Shown in pieces: positions 41,069 through 54,293 of a stretch of DNA of 64,000 nt. The notes below the pieces were generated by a model that was not told where the DNA came from, did not search any database, and saw nothing but the letters and a program-made list of their open reading frames with translations. This DNA is from Phycisphaerae bacterium (GTDB lineage: Bacteria > Planctomycetota > Phycisphaerae > UBA1845 > Fen-1342): assembly GCA_050115495.1 (NCBI GenBank), contig JASFQK010000020.1, forward strand, positions 1 through 64,000, read 5' to 3'. Both the position numbers and the translations under genes were made by a program. Position 1 is the first letter of the stretch. Every line of letters starts with the position of its first letter.

Positions 41069-43228
41069 ATGAGTGCCTCGCGCTGGGTATGTGGCGTTCT
41101 CGTGTTGCTGATGGCGACGGTCTGCTGGGCGCAGCCGGCGACGACCGAAGCCCCGGATCGAGTCGTCTGGGACGAAACCAACCCCATGCCGAAGTACATG
41201 ACCGAGGCCGAGCGGCGCATGCCGCTGCCGACGGTCGAGCGCACCGGACGCGGGGGGCCCTCCGGCGTCGTCCACTGCTCCGCCGAGTACGAGCCGATGG
41301 ACGGCCTGCTCATCGCCTGGGAGGGTTATACGAACCTGCTCACGCAGATGACGGTGCTACTCACCACCAACGATCCCAACGCCCACGTCTACGTGGTCGT
41401 CGACAGCACCAGCGAGCGGACCACCGCCACCAACACGCTGACCAATGCCGGCGCCGAGATGGACCAGGTCAAGTTCATCGTCCAGACGACTGATTCGGTG
41501 TGGATACGCGATTACGGCCCACGCTACATCTTCGAAGACGGCGTGCGCACCATCATCGACCACACGTACAACCGCCCCAAGCGCCCCAATGACAACCTCT
41601 TCAACGACTACCTCAGCACATACTGGGGCGAACCGCAGTATGACATTCCGCTCGACCACGGCGGCGGGAATTTCCACCTGTTCGCCAACGGCGACGCGTT
41701 CATGACCACACTGATCACCGCGGAGAACCCCGACCTGACGGAGCAGGACGTCAAGGACCTGTACCGCGAGTACCAGAACGTCGACCTGACAATCTACACG
41801 GGTTTCCCGACGTCGTTCGACTCGACGCGGCACATCGACATGTGGATGCTGCCCGTCGGTGACTACAAGGTCATCATCGGGGAGTACAACTCCTCGACCG
41901 GGCAGCCCTACACGATCACCGAGGGCGCCGTCGCCGACCTGACCAGCCGCGGCTACACCGTCTACCGCACGCCCGGGTGGCAGTCGGGCGGCACGCACTA
42001 CACGTACACCAACGCCGTCATCCTCAACAACCAGGTGCTGGTGCCCACGTTCAACGGCTATACGTCGCAGAACGCGCAGGCCCTGGCCACCTTCCAGGCC
42101 GCCCTGCCCGGATACACGATCCACCAGCTCAACTGTTCCGACATCATCACCTACGCTGGAGCCATGCACTGCATCGTCATGCACGTGCCCGCGCATGAGC
42201 CCAACCCCGAGCCGGTGGTCAGCCTGATCGTACCCAACGGCGGCGAAACGTGGACCGTCGGCGAGACCTACGACATCCGCTGGTCCGCCTATGACGACGT
42301 CGCCGTCACCGGCATCGATCTGTTCCTGTCGACCGACGGCGGCGCCACGTACCCGTACACGATCGGCACGGACCTGCCGAACACGGGCACGCTCGCGTGG
42401 GAGGTTCCCAGCCTCGCTTCAGAGACGTGCCGCGTCTGGGTCGTGGCCCATGACGGCGACGGCCACACGGGCGAGGACACCTCGGCCGCCGACTTCGAGA
42501 TCACGCCCTACGGTCCGCGCGTGGCGTACGAGTTCCTGCTCGACAGCGATCCCGGCTGGCCGTGCGAGGGCCAGTGGGCGTTCGGTCAGCCCGCCGGCCT
42601 GGGCGGCGCCTCCCACGGCAACCCCGATCCGACCGCCGGCGCCACGGGTCTGAACGTCTACGGCGTGAACCTGCACGGCGACTACGCCAATACGCCGGGC
42701 GGACCCTGGTACGTCACGCTCGGTCCGGTCGATCTGCGCGGCTACGACGACGTCACGCTCCAGTTCCAGCGCTGGCTGAACAGCGACTATCAGCCGTACG
42801 CTTATGCGACGGTCGAAGTCTCGGCCAACAGCTCAGACTGGACGACCGTCTGGCAGAACGGCACGACGGAGATGGCCGACGGCGCCTGGACGCTCTGCGA
42901 GTACGACATCGCCGCCGTGGCGGACGAGCAGGCCACCGTCTACGTCCGCTGGGGCTATCGCATCGGCTCGAGCGCTTACGCGTATTCCGGCTGGAACATC
43001 GACGACGTGCGGCTGATCGGCGTGCCTCTGTTCAGTCCGGGCGACATGAACTGCGACGGGGCCGTCGACAACTTCGACATCAGCCCGTTCGTCCTGGCCG
43101 TGACCAACCCCACCGGCTACGCCGCGCAGTACCCCACTTGCAACATTCTGAACGCGGACATCAACGGCGACGGCGCGGTGGACAACTTCGACATCAGCCC
43201 ATTCGTGACGCTGTTGACGAATCCGTAG
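41069..43228 (+). CDS. Secreted Porphyromonas-type peptidyl-arginine/agmatine deiminase with Ig-like and beta-sandwich modules and dockerin-like C-terminus
   Basis: Signal peptide; AEYEP, WIRDYGP, GGN, HIDMW, YTN, GAMHCI (catalytic Asp/His/Asp/Cys); PNGGE Ig-like module; [17 protein letters not shown] tail. Confidence 0.88.
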   Translation: MSASRWVCGVLVLLMATVCWAQPATTEAPDRVVWDETNPMPKYMTEAERRMPLPTVERTGRGGPSGVVHCSAEYEPMDGLLIAWEGYTNLLTQMTVLLTTNDPNAHVYVVVDSTSERTTATNTLTNAGAEMDQVKFIVQTTDSVWIRDYGPRYIFEDGVRTIIDHTYNRPKRPNDNLFNDYLSTYWGEPQYDIPLDHGGGNFHLFANGDAFMTTLITAENPDLTEQDVKDLYREYQNVDLTIYTGFPTSFDSTRHIDMWMLPVGDYKVIIGEYNSSTGQPYTITEGAVADLTSRGYTVYRTPGWQSGGTHYTYTNAVILNNQVLVPTFNGYTSQNAQALATFQAALPGYTIHQLNCSDIITYAGAMHCIVMHVPAHEPNPEPVVSLIVPNGGETWTVGETYDIRWSAYDDVAVTGIDLFLSTDGGATYPYTIGTDLPNTGTLAWEVPSLASETCRVWVVAHDGDGHTGEDTSAADFEITPYGPRVAYEFLLDSDPGWPCEGQWAFGQPAGLGGASHGNPDPTAGATGLNVYGVNLHGDYANTPGGPWYVTLGPVDLRGYDDVTLQFQRWLNSDYQPYAYATVEVSANSSDWTTVWQNGTTEMADGAWTLCEYDIAAVADEQATVYVRWGYRIGSSAYAYSGWNIDDVRLIGVPLFSPGDMNCDGAVDNFDISPFVLAVTNPTGYAAQYPTCNILNADINGDGAVDNFDISPFVTLLTNP

Positions 43229-43256
43229 CGTCCGGCGCGGCCAAGCGCGCCAGGCG

Positions 43257-44309
43257 TCAATCGGCGCTGGTGTGCCGGCCCCACGAATGGCCGCCGGTCG
43301 GGCGCGTGTACTCGGTGAGAATCTTGTCGTAGTCCGGGTAGTGGCCGGCCTCGGCAAAGGCTTCGAACATAATGAGGCGGCGGTCGTCGGTGACGCCGAT
43401 GGCCGCCGCGTCGTTGTAATCACTGGCGATGAAGCCACCGGCGGGGGTGCCGTACGTGGTGTAGAGCTGGCGGGCCTGCTCGCGAATCTCGTCGTAGGAG
43501 CCGGCGGGCAGCGTGGACTGTGTATCGACGATGGCCTCGAAGCAGATGCGACCGCGGTAGCGCTCGCCGAACTCCCGGAGCCCGACGGTGTTGGGCTGCT
43601 GGTTGTTGATGACCTCGAGGCCGCAATCGATGAGCTCCTCGACGACGTCGTTGATGCGGCCGCAGGAATGCATCCAGGTGTGCAGGCCGGCCGCCTTGAT
43701 CTCGTCGAAAAGCTTCTGGTAGCGGGGCTTGAAAAACTCGCGGAAGACCTTGAGGCTGACGAAGGCCCGGTCCTGCATGCCCCAGTCATCGGCCAGGGCG
43801 GCGGCGTGGATGCGCCCGTCGGCGATCTGCACGCAGCGGCGGAACACGCGCAGGTGATGGTCGAGCACGCGGTCGAGGATCTCGTGCACCTGCTCCTTCT
43901 GGCGAACGAAAGCCGGCAGGGCCGTGCTCAGGCCGGTGAGCATGTGCAGGCGCTCGAAGATGCCCTGCCCGAAGCAGAACATGACGAAACGGTCATCGGC
44001 CCCGGCGAGCTGCTCGGCGAAGCCGGCGTAGCGGCGCGGATCTTCCGGGTCGGGCCAGCGGTGCTCGGGCAGGCGAGCGAGGTCAGCCAGCGGGTGGCCG
44101 GTGACCTGTCCCGTGTTGGACACACCGGTGCGGCTCCAAACGCAGCCCCACTCGTCCGGCGTGGGCTGCTCAAACGCCCAGGACCAGCCGGTCGGATCCA
44201 GCGTCCACACATCGTAGCAGTCGTTGACGCCGACGATGTCGAACTTCATCGGGATGCGCGGCGGGTTGTCAAAGGTGATGGCCCGCTCAACGATCTCTTT
44301 GCGCGTCAT
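43257..44309 (-). CDS. UroD/MtaA-family (methylcobamide methyltransferase-like) protein
   Basis: MTRKE start, DEWGCVW, WPDP, DDWGMQ, FREFFKPRY, MHSCG, IDCG. Confidence 0.85.
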   Translation of the reverse strand: MTRKEIVERAITFDNPPRIPMKFDIVGVNDCYDVWTLDPTGWSWAFEQPTPDEWGCVWSRTGVSNTGQVTGHPLADLARLPEHRWPDPEDPRRYAGFAEQLAGADDRFVMFCFGQGIFERLHMLTGLSTALPAFVRQKEQVHEILDRVLDHHLRVFRRCVQIADGRIHAAALADDWGMQDRAFVSLKVFREFFKPRYQKLFDEIKAAGLHTWMHSCGRINDVVEELIDCGLEVINNQQPNTVGLREFGERYRGRICFEAIVDTQSTLPAGSYDEIREQARQLYTTYGTPAGGFIASDYNDAAAIGVTDDRRLIMFEAFAEAGHYPDYDKILTEYTRPTGGHSWGRHTSAD

Positions 44310-44347
44310 GCGTATGCCTCGTGTTCGGCTCCGGCAGCCGATGCCAA

Positions 44348-45460
44348 TTAATCATAGCGCCCCAGCCGCCGCACCTCAGACAGAAGCCACTGGTAGGTCT
44401 CCAGCGTCACCCCCGGGGGGATGGAATGATCCGAATGATAGATGTAGCCGTGGTACGGCATGGCGGCGCGCAGCTTGCTCTGGAGTTCCTCGTGGATCCT
44501 GTCGCGGTCGTTGGTGGTCAGGACGGTCACGTCGATGTTGCCGACGAAGCCGAGCCGCTCGCCGTACTGCGGAACGAGCTCGCGGACATCCATATTGGCC
44601 CGCGCTTCGAGCGGGTTGATGGCCGTGACGCCGTTCTCCAGGAACGCCGGCAGCAGCGCCCGGATATCCCCGTCGGAGTGGACCACCACCGGCATGTCGC
44701 GGCGATGGAACTCGTCGAAGAACCGGCGGTGGTACGGCTGGACGAACTCGCGATAGTGGCGCGGGCTCATGAAGGGACCGTTCTTGTAGGCAATGTCGGC
44801 GTAGATGAAGGCCCCGTCGCAGACCATGCCCTCGGCTTCGGCCAGGCGAAACATGTCGATCTCGAACTGGGCGAAGGTGTCGAAGACGTCGTGCACCCAC
44901 TCCGGCTGTTTGATCATCGCCCGCAGCATCATCTCGTGGCCGAGCACGTCCTTGACCGACTCGATGATCTCGACGCCGGCGTAGAAGACGAAACGGTCGC
45001 GCTCGCGGGCTCGGTGGTAGCGCGGCCAGAACTCGGGCCAGCGGATGCGCTCGCGGGAGGCGGTCAGCAGCGGCTTGACCGCGGCCCACTTCTCCGGCGT
45101 GTCGATGCCGAAGGAGACGTGCTCGGGCGTGCCGCCCTTGTTCTTCCACCAGCGTAAGAGGGCGTCGTTGCCGTCGCGCTGGAGGACCCAATCGTCGGTC
45201 TCCTCGACGACGGTGGGCGGGACGAGGCGCAGGCGCTGGTCCGGCCAGGCGACCTGCATGAAGTCCATGTCGAAATATTCCCAGAGCGTGAGCAGGTCGT
45301 AGTTCGCCGGGCTGGCGCTGTTGATGCCCGCACCGAGGCGCGGGTCGTTGAGCTGCCGGACGAAGTCCAGCTCGGTCTCCTTCCAGAACCAGTCGGTAAT
45401 GGGAACACGGTCCGGCGGCCGGCGAGCGAGGGCGCAGGCCACCCGTTCGCGCGAAGTCAT
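44348..45460 (-). CDS. UroD/MtaA-family protein (HSDG variant)
   Basis: MTSRERV...PDRVP, DIAYKNGPFMSP, VHSDG, INPLE, GNID, YIYHSDHSIP. Confidence 0.85.
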   Translation of the reverse strand: MTSRERVACALARRPPDRVPITDWFWKETELDFVRQLNDPRLGAGINSASPANYDLLTLWEYFDMDFMQVAWPDQRLRLVPPTVVEETDDWVLQRDGNDALLRWWKNKGGTPEHVSFGIDTPEKWAAVKPLLTASRERIRWPEFWPRYHRARERDRFVFYAGVEIIESVKDVLGHEMMLRAMIKQPEWVHDVFDTFAQFEIDMFRLAEAEGMVCDGAFIYADIAYKNGPFMSPRHYREFVQPYHRRFFDEFHRRDMPVVVHSDGDIRALLPAFLENGVTAINPLEARANMDVRELVPQYGERLGFVGNIDVTVLTTNDRDRIHEELQSKLRAAMPYHGYIYHSDHSIPPGVTLETYQWLLSEVRRLGRYD

Positions 45461-45510
45461 GCTGTCGGGCTTGCTGGGCGCGGGCAGGTTCTGTCTCCGC
45501 AGAGCGGCTT

Positions 45511-46179
45511 CTACCGGCGCGGATCGCCGGCCAACCGCCTGGCCACTTCTGCCCCCGTCGCTGCATCGCCACCGTAGCCGTCCGCGCCGACTTGCTGCGC
45601 GAACTGCTCGGTTATCGGTGCCCCGCCGATGATGACCTTCGGCGAAGGCGACACCTCCTCGTGGATTCTCTTGATGATCGTCGCCATCTGCGGCATGGTC
45701 GTGGTCAGCAAGGCGCTCAGGCCGACGACATCCACGCGGCGCTCGCGACAGGCGGCGACGAACTGCTCGGCGGTCACGTCCACCCCCAGGTCGATCACCT
45801 CGAAGCCGGCGCCCTGCAACATGGTGGCCACCAGGTTCTTCCCGATGTCGTGCAGGTCGCCCGAAACGGTGCCGATCACGGCCGTGGCTTCGGGCCGGAC
45901 GTTCTCGCTGGCCAATCGCGGCTGGAGAAGCTCCATGCCGCATTTCATGGCGTCGGCGGCAACGAGCACCTCCGGAAGGAAGTACTCGCCATCGCGGAAG
46001 AGGCGTCCCACCTGGTCCATGCCGGCGAGCAGCCCCTTGTTGAGCAACTCCTGCGCCGACATGCCGTCACGCAACGCCTGCTCGAGCAGGGTGCGCGTCT
46101 GTTGGTCGTCCCCCTCCAGCACCGCCTTGGCGATCTGGTCCGTTACTGCGCTCGACAACTTCGGTTCTCCTGTGGGCAT
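45511..46179 (-). CDS. Corrinoid (B12-binding) protein, MtaC/MtbC-like
   Basis: Cap domain GMDQVGRLF...FLPEV; GDLHDIGKNLV (DxHxxG), SALLTTT, IIGGAP. Confidence 0.92.
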   Translation of the reverse strand: MPTGEPKLSSAVTDQIAKAVLEGDDQQTRTLLEQALRDGMSAQELLNKGLLAGMDQVGRLFRDGEYFLPEVLVAADAMKCGMELLQPRLASENVRPEATAVIGTVSGDLHDIGKNLVATMLQGAGFEVIDLGVDVTAEQFVAACRERRVDVVGLSALLTTTMPQMATIIKRIHEEVSPSPKVIIGGAPITEQFAQQVGADGYGGDAATGAEVARRLAGDPRR

Positions 46180-46433
46180 GGCGGGCCGCCGGTTGCCGGC
46201 CGGCGGCGCCTGCCAGACGGGAACTCTAAGGTGGGTCGCCGTCGGTTCGCAAGCGAAAACCACATTGGATCCGCGGTTCCGGACACGTTCACTCCGCGGC
46301 CGAGCGTCTCGTCCAATAACCCCATTTGATCGCAGACGGCGGTGGGCGACCGGCGAAACCGCCGCAGGCGGCCTATGATTGTCGACTGCCGACTGGCCGC
46401 CGCCGCGGCCCTGACTGGAGGACGAAAGACCGC

Positions 46434-46961
46434 ATGAACCGCCGAGACTACGTGGCGCTGGCCGCCGCCGGGGCACGGGCGGTGATCGCTTGCGAACCGA
46501 CGGCGAGTACGGCCTACGTGTCACCGCGACAGATGAGCGGGCCGGGGGGCGTGTTCGATCGGTACGCCATGCACTGGAACCGGCGAGTGCGCGAGGTCGA
46601 CGCCGAGTTGATCTTCCATTGCTGCGGCGAGCTCAACGACGACACGGTCCGCCGCTTCGGCAGCCTCGAGCCGGTGATCCTCAGCCTGGGCAGCTCGCGG
46701 CGGCTGTGGGAGGATGCGGTGCTGGTGCCGCAAGACGTGGTCCTGTTCGGCAACCTGCCGTCGCGGAAGTTCTTCTCCGACGACGAGATCACGGCGGCGG
46801 AGCTGACGGCACGCATGCAGGCCGCGGGCCACCCGTTCATCCTCGGCAGCGAATGCGACATCCTGAGCGTGCGGGGAGCGCACGACGTCATTCTGCGGAA
46901 GGTGGAGGCCATGCTCGACGCGGGCCCGGGGCGCCGCGGGGGGCACACCGGGTCCGCGTGA
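46434..46961 (+). pseudogene. Short, probably internally deleted UroD/MtaA-family gene
   Basis: 175 aa; retains CEP, FHCCG, FGNLP, LGSECD of the C-terminal half but lacks the N-terminal half of the barrel. Confidence 0.55.
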
Positions 46962-46974
46962 GCGGGGTGAACGG

Positions 46975-49804
<2,830 letters not shown>

Positions 49805-49856
49805 ACCGCAACCCTTCCTGACGCGGCCGGCTCCCCTCCCGGCCGCGGAGGCGTTC

Positions 49857-51977
49857 ATGATCACGCATAAGCCTACCGGCTGGAACACGTGGGATTTCCG
49901 CGGGTTCAATCGCCTGGTGTACCTGCGCCAGGGTCGGACCATCATCAACCTGCAGTACGCCATCTGGGACGAGGACCATCGGCCGGCGGACGAGGTCAAG
50001 AACCGCGGCGGACTGCATCACAACCTGCGCTGGCAGCATGCGACGCGATTGGGGCCGCATGCGCCGCTCGGCCTGCCTGCCAAGCTCGAGTTCAAGATCA
50101 ACGAAACGTCGTTCGAGGCGGAAGCGATCGACGAGAACGGCACGCTTTGCCTGACGGTCCGGCCGCTGAGCGAGACGCGGATGCGCGTTGTGTATCGGCT
50201 ACTGGCGCCCGACGGCGACGCTGTGCACAAGACGTCAACGACGTCCGGAACGTTCGCCGGCTGCCGGCTGGAATTCACGGGGGCGACGTGGCCGCAGGAT
50301 TACTTCCTGAACGTGGCCGAGCCATATGCGCTCGGCGGGCCGGGTGGTGCGGCGACGGTGCGGGTCACGCCGCCGGGAGCGACTTCTTCATCGGGCGGGA
50401 CGTTGGCCGCATTGGAGAGCACGAGCGTGGTCGGCGAAGGGGCGCTGGCCGATGCGCCCGGAGCCATGCTGCCGGCGGTGACGTGGAACACGCTGTACGA
50501 CACCCGGCGGCGGCTGGTCTCATCGCCGGTGAGCCGCGACTGGATGGCGGACTGGCGCGGCGTCACGGTGTTCTGCTGGGACACGTACTTCGTCGGGGCG
50601 ATGATCGCTCATGCGTTTCCGGAGCTGGCCCGTCTGAATTTCGAGACGGTGACGGCGGCGATCGACGAATTGGGTCACGTGCCGAATTACTACATGGCTC
50701 ACGGCGCGGCCTCGTTTGACCGCTCGATGCCGCCGATCGGCGCGTACATCGTGTGGAAGACGCAGGCGGCACGGCCCGACACGGCCTGGCTCCTCCGGAT
50801 GTATCGCCCGCTATGCCGCTGGCACGCGTACTGGATGGCGCATCGCGACGGCAACGGCGACGGACTGCTCGAATGGGGTTCCGACGCGGCGCCGGCGTTC
50901 GAGTTCCCGCAGCTCTTGCAGGACAACCCGCAGTTACAGCATTCGGCGAAGTGTGCGATGTACGAGTCGGGTCTCGACAACTCGCCGATGTACGACGATG
51001 TGCCGTTCAACGCGCAAACCAATACGTTTGAGTTGGCCGACATTGGCCTGTCGAGCTACTACGCGCTCGATTGCGAGGCGCTGGCCCGCATCGCCGCAGC
51101 GCTCGGCCGCAAGAGCGACGCCGCCCGCTATCAGCGCGAATACGAGACGATGGCCCGGCGGATCAACGAGACACTCTGGGATGAGGAAGCAGGCATCTAC
51201 GCCAATCGCCACTGGGACGGCCGGTTCTCCCGGCGGTGGTCGCCGACGTCGTTCTTCCCGCTGCTGGCCGGAGTCGCGCCGGCGGAGCGAGCGGCCCGTC
51301 TCGTGCATGAGCACCTGCTCAACGAGCGTGAGTTCTGGGGCGAGTACGTGCTGCCTTCCATCGCCCGCAACGATCCGGCGTATCCGGACAACGACTACTG
51401 GCGCGGGCGGATCTGGGGGCCGTTCAACTTCCTCGTGGCCGAGGGGCTGCGGCGCTATCGCTTCGACGACGTGGCCGCTGAGCTCGCCCGCCGAAGTCTG
51501 GACCTGTTCATGCGGAACTGGCGGGCGGACGGCGGCGTGTACGAGAACTACAACGCCGACACGGGCGTCGGGGCGGACGTGTGGAACGCGGCGCGGCTGT
51601 ACCACTGGGGCGGGCTGCTGGCGTATATCGCGATGCAGGAGCTGATCGACGTCGAGCCGACGGGATACCTGCGCTTCGGCTCGCGCAAGTTCCCGCACGC
51701 GGGTCTGCGGCGGGTGCACGTGGGCGGCGCTGTGTACGACGTCGACATGCAAAATGGTATGCGCGTGTGGCGCAACGGGGCGCTGCTGCTCGAAACCGAG
51801 CCACGGGCGATCGTGCGACTGCCGCTGGCGTGCGCGGGCGATGTGCCGATCGAGATTTCCACCGAGCAGGGCGGGCGATTGACATTGCACGAGTCGAAGA
51901 CGCCGCCGCGGCCAGCGCGGGTCAACGGTGAGACGCTCATCACGCCGACGGGGACACCGGCGACGTACACCTGGTAG
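49857..51977 (+). CDS. GH63/MGH1-like (alpha/alpha)6 glycoside hydrolase
   Basis: FCWDTYF, SMPP, ESGLDNSPMYD, LWDEE, YWRGRIW, YENY. Confidence 0.8.
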   Translation: MITHKPTGWNTWDFRGFNRLVYLRQGRTIINLQYAIWDEDHRPADEVKNRGGLHHNLRWQHATRLGPHAPLGLPAKLEFKINETSFEAEAIDENGTLCLTVRPLSETRMRVVYRLLAPDGDAVHKTSTTSGTFAGCRLEFTGATWPQDYFLNVAEPYALGGPGGAATVRVTPPGATSSSGGTLAALESTSVVGEGALADAPGAMLPAVTWNTLYDTRRRLVSSPVSRDWMADWRGVTVFCWDTYFVGAMIAHAFPELARLNFETVTAAIDELGHVPNYYMAHGAASFDRSMPPIGAYIVWKTQAARPDTAWLLRMYRPLCRWHAYWMAHRDGNGDGLLEWGSDAAPAFEFPQLLQDNPQLQHSAKCAMYESGLDNSPMYDDVPFNAQTNTFELADIGLSSYYALDCEALARIAAALGRKSDAARYQREYETMARRINETLWDEEAGIYANRHWDGRFSRRWSPTSFFPLLAGVAPAERAARLVHEHLLNEREFWGEYVLPSIARNDPAYPDNDYWRGRIWGPFNFLVAEGLRRYRFDDVAAELARRSLDLFMRNWRADGGVYENYNADTGVGADVWNAARLYHWGGLLAYIAMQELIDVEPTGYLRFGSRKFPHAGLRRVHVGGAVYDVDMQNGMRVWRNGALLLETEPRAIVRLPLACAGDVPIEISTEQGGRLTLHESKTPPRPARVNGETLITPTGTPATYTW

Positions 51978-51980
51978 CGA

Positions 51981-54290
51981 CTACCGCTCGGTGTATGGAA
52001 TGACCTGCGAGCCGCCGCGCGATGGGTCGTAGGGAACATCGTCGACGCAGATGGGCAAGTCGGGGGCCGGGCCGTCGATGGGTGTGATCGTGACGGCGTG
52101 GCGGTCGATGTGCACATCGAGCCGCCGGTCACGCAACATGAGCGAGAAGCGCAGCGCTGACCACTTCGCCGGCAACCGCGGCTCGATCGACAAGCCATTC
52201 TCGCGCAGGTGCACGCCGCCGAAGCCGAACACCGCCGCCATCCACGCTCCGCCGAGCGCCGTGCCGTGCAGGCCGGCATGCGTGTCGCTGCGCCCGGTAA
52301 GACTTTCGTCGAGATCGAGCCCGGCGGTGATGAGGAACTGCTCGTATGCCTCATCGCGGTCGCCGACATCCGCGGCCATGATCGCGTTGATGGCAAAGCT
52401 CATCGACGAGAAGTTCATGCTCTTGTCTTTGTAGTACGCCCAGTTGGCCTGGCGAACGTCCTGCCCGAACACGTCGCGGAACATCACCAGGGCCATCACC
52501 ACGTCCGGCTGGTTCATCGCCTGGTAGTCGGCCAGCGGGATGAACCAATCGCGGCGGCCGGACAGCAGCTCCGCCGGCGGCGGCGGGAGCTGGTAGAACC
52601 CGTCGTATTGCTCGTACAGCCGCGTCGTCGGGTCGAACAGCAGCGTCAGGCGAACCGCGATGGCCCGCCACTGCGGCGGCTCATGCGGGTCGATGTTCAG
52701 TCGCGCCATGACGGCGGTGCGCTCGGCGGACGGTAAAGCGTCCAACACGTCAGCAGCCCAGCCCAACGTGCGGGCGGCGAGGTAGTTCGTGTAGAAGTTG
52801 TTCGTGCTTTCGCAATGGCCTTCGTCCGGGCCGGCGACGTCGTGCAGGTCGTACGCATTCCGGGCCGCATCATGCTTCGCCCGACCGGCATAGAACCGGG
52901 CCGACTCGACGAGCAGGTCGAGGCCCTTCTCGCGCAAAAACGTCGCGTCGCCGGTAGCGTGGGCGTAGTTCATCAAGGCATTGGCGACGTCGCCGTTGAT
53001 GTGGATGTTCGTGTGCGTGAAGCGGTACCAGCGGCCGAGGCACTCTTCGCCGTACGGGCCGGCCTGCCAGGCGAGCTTCGCCCCGGGCAGGCTGAGTTCG
53101 GCGGCGATCTTCCGCCCCTCGGCGAGGCCGGCGACGCGGAAGTTGAGACACGTCCGGGCGTATTCCGGAAAGACAAACGTGTAGAATGGCAGGATGTGCG
53201 TTTCGGTGTCGTAGAACGTGTTGCCCTGGTAGTAGTCGCCGCTGAGTAGCTTGACCGGCACGCTGAGCCGATCGCTGAAGCGCGGGGCGGCGGCGATCAG
53301 GTGGTGCAGGCAAAAACGCAGATAGCGCTGCGCCTGGTCATCGCCGACGATCTCGACGTCCGCCCGCCGCCACAACGCCTGCCACGCGCTCAATTGCCGG
53401 CCGAGCGCTTCGCCGAAGCCCTGCTGTACGGCGGCGTCGAGTTCGGTCGTGATCTCGGTGGCGACGCCGTGCCGCTCATCTTCGGAGCTGCACAGCACGA
53501 CGGTGCGGTCGATGGCGGCCGACCGACCGGCGGGCACTTCGTACAGCAGCTCGGTGTAGACGGCATCGTGGCCGACGACGCCGCGCACTTCGCGCGGCGT
53601 GGTGCCACCGTGCGGTGTGGTCTCGACGCCGAGATCAACGGTGATACCGCGGGCGGGCGTTCGCACGCGCAGCAGGCAGCGTGACGCCGGCTCAGCCGAG
53701 AGCGTCTGCACGGTGAACTGTCGCTCGCGCGTCGCGTTGGCGTGCACGGCTGCATTGATACCGCTGAGGATGCGCAGCGGCGCGTCATGGTCGAGCGGCG
53801 TGGCAGAGTAGCGCATGAAGACCCGGTGCGGGTCACTCAGTGCGGCGAAACGCTGCATGGCGATGCGCGTCGTCCGGCCCGCCGCATCGTGATAGTCAAA
53901 CGTGCAGATGTACAACCCGCTGCTCAGCACGAGCGTCTGCGTGAAGTCGCTGACCTCGCCGCGATCCAGCGAGACCTCGCGGTCGCCGACGAACAGCCGC
54001 ACGAACAGCGGGTCGGGCAGGTTGGCGACGCCGGGGCTGCGACCGGCGGTGTCGAAATACGCCGGGTCGAGCCACCGGCGGCGTTGCCCCGAGGCCCGCA
54101 GCAGCCCGAACATGTCGAGCTCGTCATAGACACCGTGGATGATCGTGGTCGGGCAGTCCCCCCCGCGCTGCTCCGGCAGGTTGCCCTTGAGGCCGAGGTA
54201 TCCATTGGCGATCGTGCAGACGCTGTTGAACTGGGCGAGGTGCTGCGGGTCGTGATGGTGATTGACGATGGTCCAGGTGTCAGGGGTCAT
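51981..54290 (-). CDS. GH65 glycoside phosphorylase/hydrolase
   Basis: IANGYLGLKG, YQGNTFYDTE, HINGDVA, LVESARF, GPDE (catalytic Glu), NNFYTN, QPDVV, SSMS, GFGG. Confidence 0.88.
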   Translation of the reverse strand: MTPDTWTIVNHHHDPQHLAQFNSVCTIANGYLGLKGNLPEQRGGDCPTTIIHGVYDELDMFGLLRASGQRRRWLDPAYFDTAGRSPGVANLPDPLFVRLFVGDREVSLDRGEVSDFTQTLVLSSGLYICTFDYHDAAGRTTRIAMQRFAALSDPHRVFMRYSATPLDHDAPLRILSGINAAVHANATRERQFTVQTLSAEPASRCLLRVRTPARGITVDLGVETTPHGGTTPREVRGVVGHDAVYTELLYEVPAGRSAAIDRTVVLCSSEDERHGVATEITTELDAAVQQGFGEALGRQLSAWQALWRRADVEIVGDDQAQRYLRFCLHHLIAAAPRFSDRLSVPVKLLSGDYYQGNTFYDTETHILPFYTFVFPEYARTCLNFRVAGLAEGRKIAAELSLPGAKLAWQAGPYGEECLGRWYRFTHTNIHINGDVANALMNYAHATGDATFLREKGLDLLVESARFYAGRAKHDAARNAYDLHDVAGPDEGHCESTNNFYTNYLAARTLGWAADVLDALPSAERTAVMARLNIDPHEPPQWRAIAVRLTLLFDPTTRLYEQYDGFYQLPPPPAELLSGRRDWFIPLADYQAMNQPDVVMALVMFRDVFGQDVRQANWAYYKDKSMNFSSMSFAINAIMAADVGDRDEAYEQFLITAGLDLDESLTGRSDTHAGLHGTALGGAWMAAVFGFGGVHLRENGLSIEPRLPAKWSALRFSLMLRDRRLDVHIDRHAVTITPIDGPAPDLPICVDDVPYDPSRGGSQVIPYTER

Positions 54291-54293
54291 GGC

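Noticed and set aside
43257..45460. hemE
   Set aside because: Lacks the HemE RQAGR motif; metal-binding HxC/HxD motifs and the corrinoid neighbour point to the methyltransferase-like branch
46180..46433. Possible cobalamin riboswitch upstream of the corrinoid gene
   Set aside because: No AGGGAA, GCCACTG or B12-box elements found on either strand
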